From a virus (taxonomy: Duplodnaviria; Caudoviricetes): 48,925 nucleotides of DNA. A program made the position numbers and the translations under genes. Location of the stretch: the IMG/VR virus record IMGVR_UViG_3300037991_004941, positions 1 to 48,925 of that record; one strand, given 5' to 3'. Positions 46,195 through 48,925 of the stretch are shown here, one piece after another; positions within the stretch are counted from its first letter, which is position 1, and every line of letters begins with the position of its first letter. The notes beneath the pieces were generated by a model. That model saw nothing but the letters and a program-made list of their open reading frames with translations, did not search any database and was not told where the DNA came from.

Positions 46195-47433
46195 TCAGCA
46201 ATAAGAGAGGGGAGGAATACCTTCGATGAAGATGGCATTAACAACGTTTTGCAATCTTGCAGCGATAGCATTACCCATCTTGTAACCTGTGGGCATGGTA
46301 ACAACACCTTCTTGCTTTTTATAGAGGTGAAATGCACCAGCAGGAATGCGACCTTCACTAACAGCAGCGCGGTCATCTTTGTGGACACGGATAACACGAC
46401 CGATCGTCTGTGCCATCTCAACAATGGGCAAGTTTCTGAGCAGAATAGTGTGAGTCAGACCAGGCACATTGATGCCCTCAGAGAGAATAGAATAGTGGAA
46501 GATTACAAACTTACGAGTATCATCAGCACCCCACTCTTGCAGCGTGGTGAAGAACTCTTCGCGACCAACTTTCTTGTCATTGATGATAGCACCAAACTTG
46601 CTGGTGATGTGCATCACGTCATAACCTTTCTTGTAAAAGTAATCGAGAATATCTGTGTGCCCAAGCATATTGCCAAGGATCTTGCTAGATGGTGCTGCAA
46701 CCAGAACTTTTGGTTTCTGGAATACATCGAGTTGCTCAAACATATCACGCAAGTTGTCAGCATCAACCTCGTGTGCGTTGTGCTTATTGCGGACACGATC
46801 GGTCTCGAAAGGCACAACTTTAGGGGGCACGATTGCACCTGCTTTGATCAACTCTTGTGCAGGGACATTGCAGAGGGTGCCACCATAAACATCGCTATTA
46901 TTCATTCCGCGAGCAACACTCACACCGCGACCAGTGCGCGGAGTTGCTGTGAAATAGTAGCGACGTTTGGCATACTGAGCAACAGCAAATACACTCTTAA
47001 AGAAGTGTTTGCCTGTGGCATTGTGTGCCTCATCATAATAAATGGTATCAATATCAATGCCACTCTCTACAACGCGGTGCAAAGAATGATAAGTGGTGAA
47101 TATAATGCAGGACTCAGATGCTGCTCGCGCAGTGTTAGCGAAGAGAGCAATCTTTTCAGGTTTAGTGCTACTGAAGTGATGTGTTTCACCACTGTGAGCA
47201 TGACAAACATGTGTCCAAGTAGAAGACACAAACTGCATGAATTCTTCGCACAATTGATTAGCGAGAAGAATGCGGGGAGCAACAACAACAGTGACGCTAC
47301 CTTGTGCAGCACGAGCAACACAATCAGCGATCATGATGTAAGTTTTGCCGCCACCAGTAGGCACAATGATTTGACCACAATCGTTGCTTTGCATTGCATC
47401 GAAAGCACGTTGTTGATGGGGGCGGAGTTGCAT
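46195..47433 (-). CDS. Superfamily 2 DEAH helicase (ResIII-like)
   Basis: Q motif LRPHQ, Walker A PTGGGKT, DEAH, TATP, LSEGINVP, QTIGRVIR; start set at MQLRPHQ, downstream of the promoter. Confidence 0.92.
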   Translation of the reverse strand: MQLRPHQQRAFDAMQSNDCGQIIVPTGGGKTYIMIADCVARAAQGSVTVVVAPRILLANQLCEEFMQFVSSTWTHVCHAHSGETHHFSSTKPEKIALFANTARAASESCIIFTTYHSLHRVVESGIDIDTIYYDEAHNATGKHFFKSVFAVAQYAKRRYYFTATPRTGRGVSVARGMNNSDVYGGTLCNVPAQELIKAGAIVPPKVVPFETDRVRNKHNAHEVDADNLRDMFEQLDVFQKPKVLVAAPSSKILGNMLGHTDILDYFYKKGYDVMHITSKFGAIINDKKVGREEFFTTLQEWGADDTRKFVIFHYSILSEGINVPGLTHTILLRNLPIVEMAQTIGRVIRVHKDDRAAVSEGRIPAGAFHLYKKQEGVVTMPTGYKMGNAIAARLQNVVNAIFIEGIPPLSYC

Positions 47434-47453
47434 TGCTTGTTTGTCGATAATTA

Positions 47454-47508
47454 AGTATTGCACGGATGACCGTGCAGGTCAAGTGATAGTGGACAGTTTA
47501 CTAATCGG
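47454..47508 (-). promoter_or_regulatory. Early promoter with upstream motif (copy 4)
   Basis: CCGATT-AGTAAA-CTGTCCAC, then TTGACC-17 nt-(TGC)AATACT. Confidence 0.7.
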
Positions 47509-47576
47509 ACAAAGGTGATTCTCTCTTTGGCATATTGTCGCCATCGATAACACTTTGTACGTAAGCATTTAATCTC

Positions 47577-47738
47577 TTATCTGTATTTGTTGCACATTTC
47601 GTCGTATCCTGCTCCTGCTGGGAGTTGTTTACAGAGTCGTTGTTGTCTTTCATCTTGAATGTTAGAAACAGCATTGATAGCGTTGATGCCAATGTTGGCA
47701 CCAATGATGACTACAATAGCAGCAAGAAAGATTCTCAT
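47577..47738 (-). CDS. Small membrane or secreted protein (53 aa)
   Basis: MRIFLAAIVVIIGANIGINAINAVSNIQDERQQRLC...C; hydrophobic N-terminus and two Cys. Confidence 0.7.
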   Translation of the reverse strand: MRIFLAAIVVIIGANIGINAINAVSNIQDERQQRLCKQLPAGAGYDEMCNKYR

Positions 47739-47757
47739 AATATAAAAAAGAATAAAA

Positions 47758-48024
47758 TTAACAGTAGCAGGGCATATACTCAGACTGAGGCATTTTGTCG
47801 GTGTGGTAGTCAGTAACTGTTGCACCGCTAGCGATACGCTCTGCCCACTCATTACGGGCGGTAAGTGCTGTAACAGTGCTGTAAGACTTAGCACCATTCT
47901 CAATGAATGTCACACGCTTGTTAAAACGACGGATCGTAACTTTCATGCCTTTGACTTCACATGACTCAGCAATAAATGCCTCAGGGAAAAAATCAACGAT
48001 ACAGACGGAGTTAGTGAGTTGCAT
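47758..48024 (-). CDS. Early hypothetical protein
   Basis: 88 aa, MQLTNSVCIVDFFPEAFIAE; directly after an early promoter. Confidence 0.8.
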   Translation of the reverse strand: MQLTNSVCIVDFFPEAFIAESCEVKGMKVTIRRFNKRVTFIENGAKSYSTVTALTARNEWAERIASGATVTDYHTDKMPQSEYMPCYC

Positions 48025-48049
48025 TTGGATCGATTTCCTTGACTCTTTT

Positions 48050-48104
48050 AATATACACGAAAAAGCACCGCTGTGGGGCGGTGCTGTGCCACTAGTTCAA
48101 CCGT
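48050..48104 (-). promoter_or_regulatory. Early promoter with upstream motif (copy 5)
   Basis: ACGGTT-GAACTA-GTGGCAC-30 nt-TATATT. Confidence 0.7.
48060..48085 (-). terminator. Rho-independent terminator embedded in promoter copy 5
   Basis: Minus strand GCACCGC-CCCACA-GCGGTGC-TTTTT after the ParB-like gene. Confidence 0.75.
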
Positions 48105-48925
48105 CACACATATATGAGATTATTACGAGTCATTTCATTAGGGTAAAGTGGCAATCTAGCGTGACGAATGTTAACACCTTTGTCAGTGTCTAACATGTTA
48201 CCTAGACCTGCAATATCTCTGATCATTTCATAGAACTCACTTTTGATAACATTATCTTTTGCTTTGATACTTTCCTCAGTGAAGGAGTTAGCAACCTCAG
48301 GAGAAATGACATGAATCACCATGAAACCTTTGTCAGGATATTGTTGCACCATCTTGGCAAGTTTCAAGACAGTGTGAAGCATAACAGATCCTTTGTCGAT
48401 ATACACAAAACAGATCTGATCTGTCTCGGGGTTTCTGTAAATGCCCTCAGACGTTTTGGCACCGTCCATGATCACCCACCCAGGACGATTGCGGGCAACC
48501 CACTCACTAACTTCAGAAGCGTAGTAACGTTTAATATCGGAGTGATATTCATGCTCTTCACTAGCATTGAAGATACGAAGAACAGCATTGATTTGTGTGC
48601 CATCCACGTCGTAATCTTGCCTGAGTTTATCCTCTAGAATCTCATCAATGCTCTTCCCAGTGTATCCTTCTTCCTTAGTTGCTTCTACTAACTTATGCAA
48701 ATCAGACTCAGGATCGATAACAGTTTTAACCAGTGCATTGGAGATATCTGCATTAGTTCTGGGTTGCACTACATTAGTATCACGATTGCAAAAAGCATTA
48801 CCAAACTCCCAAATCTCTCCCAGATTCATGTCAAGAACCCATGCAAAGATAACATCTTCACCGAGACCCGTGATTGCTTTGAATCGATGATTGCCATCGA
48901 GCAGACCGTAGATAACCTTGACACC
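48104..48925 (-). CDS. ParB/Srx-like N-terminal domain protein (5' end truncated by window)
   Basis: The frame stays open past the tracked Met to the window edge: GVKVIYGLLDGNHRFKAITGLG; LLDGNHR matches the ParB/Srx DGxHR motif. Confidence 0.75.
   Translation of the reverse strand, partial: GVKVIYGLLDGNHRFKAITGLGEDVIFAWVLDMNLGEIWEFGNAFCNRDTNVVQPRTNADISNALVKTVIDPESDLHKLVEATKEEGYTGKSIDEILEDKLRQDYDVDGTQINAVLRIFNASEEHEYHSDIKRYYASEVSEWVARNRPGWVIMDGAKTSEGIYRNPETDQICFVYIDKGSVMLHTVLKLAKMVQQYPDKGFMVIHVISPEVANSFTEESIKAKDNVIKSEFYEMIRDIAGLGNMLDTDKGVNIRHARLPLYPNEMTRNNLIYV

Noticed and set aside
46081-47454. 457-aa plus-strand ORF antisense to the helicase
   Set aside because: It is an in-register shadow caused by the absence of TTA/CTA/TCA codons, with no motifs and a weak start.
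47501-47704. 67-aa ORF overlapping the 53-aa membrane protein
   Set aside because: There is no convincing start, it mostly overlaps a better ORF, and its end runs into a promoter motif; it cannot be fully excluded.

Overview
This is a fragment of a T4-like marine cyanomyovirus genome (Kyanoviridae-like), with every credible gene on the minus strand. The right end (about 43.3-48.9 kb) is an early region: small ORFs, an SF2 helicase, a ParB-like gene, five sigma70-type promoters sharing a GTGnCAC/CCAGTT motif, and a non-coding stretch with cyanobacterial-type DnaA boxes. The rest is a late baseplate/tail module: PAAR tip, gp25, gp6, a 6600-aa gp7-like protein, a gp9/10-like protein, a YHYH-domain protein, gp8, a DUF4815/VrlC-like protein and an Mtd_N tail fibre that runs off the left edge. 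The most notable observations are: (1) strong, codon-level avoidance of GAAC/GTTC/GTAC while GATC stays abundant, suggesting evasion of a phosphorothioate/Dnd-type or other GWWC-directed system; (2) phycobiliprotein-like helical Cys repeats in the giant baseplate protein; (3) nested and circularly permuted copies of one small domain in that protein; (4) type-1 copper ligand sets in two virion proteins; (5) a candidate DnaA-box origin. All calls come from reading by eye; no searches were run.
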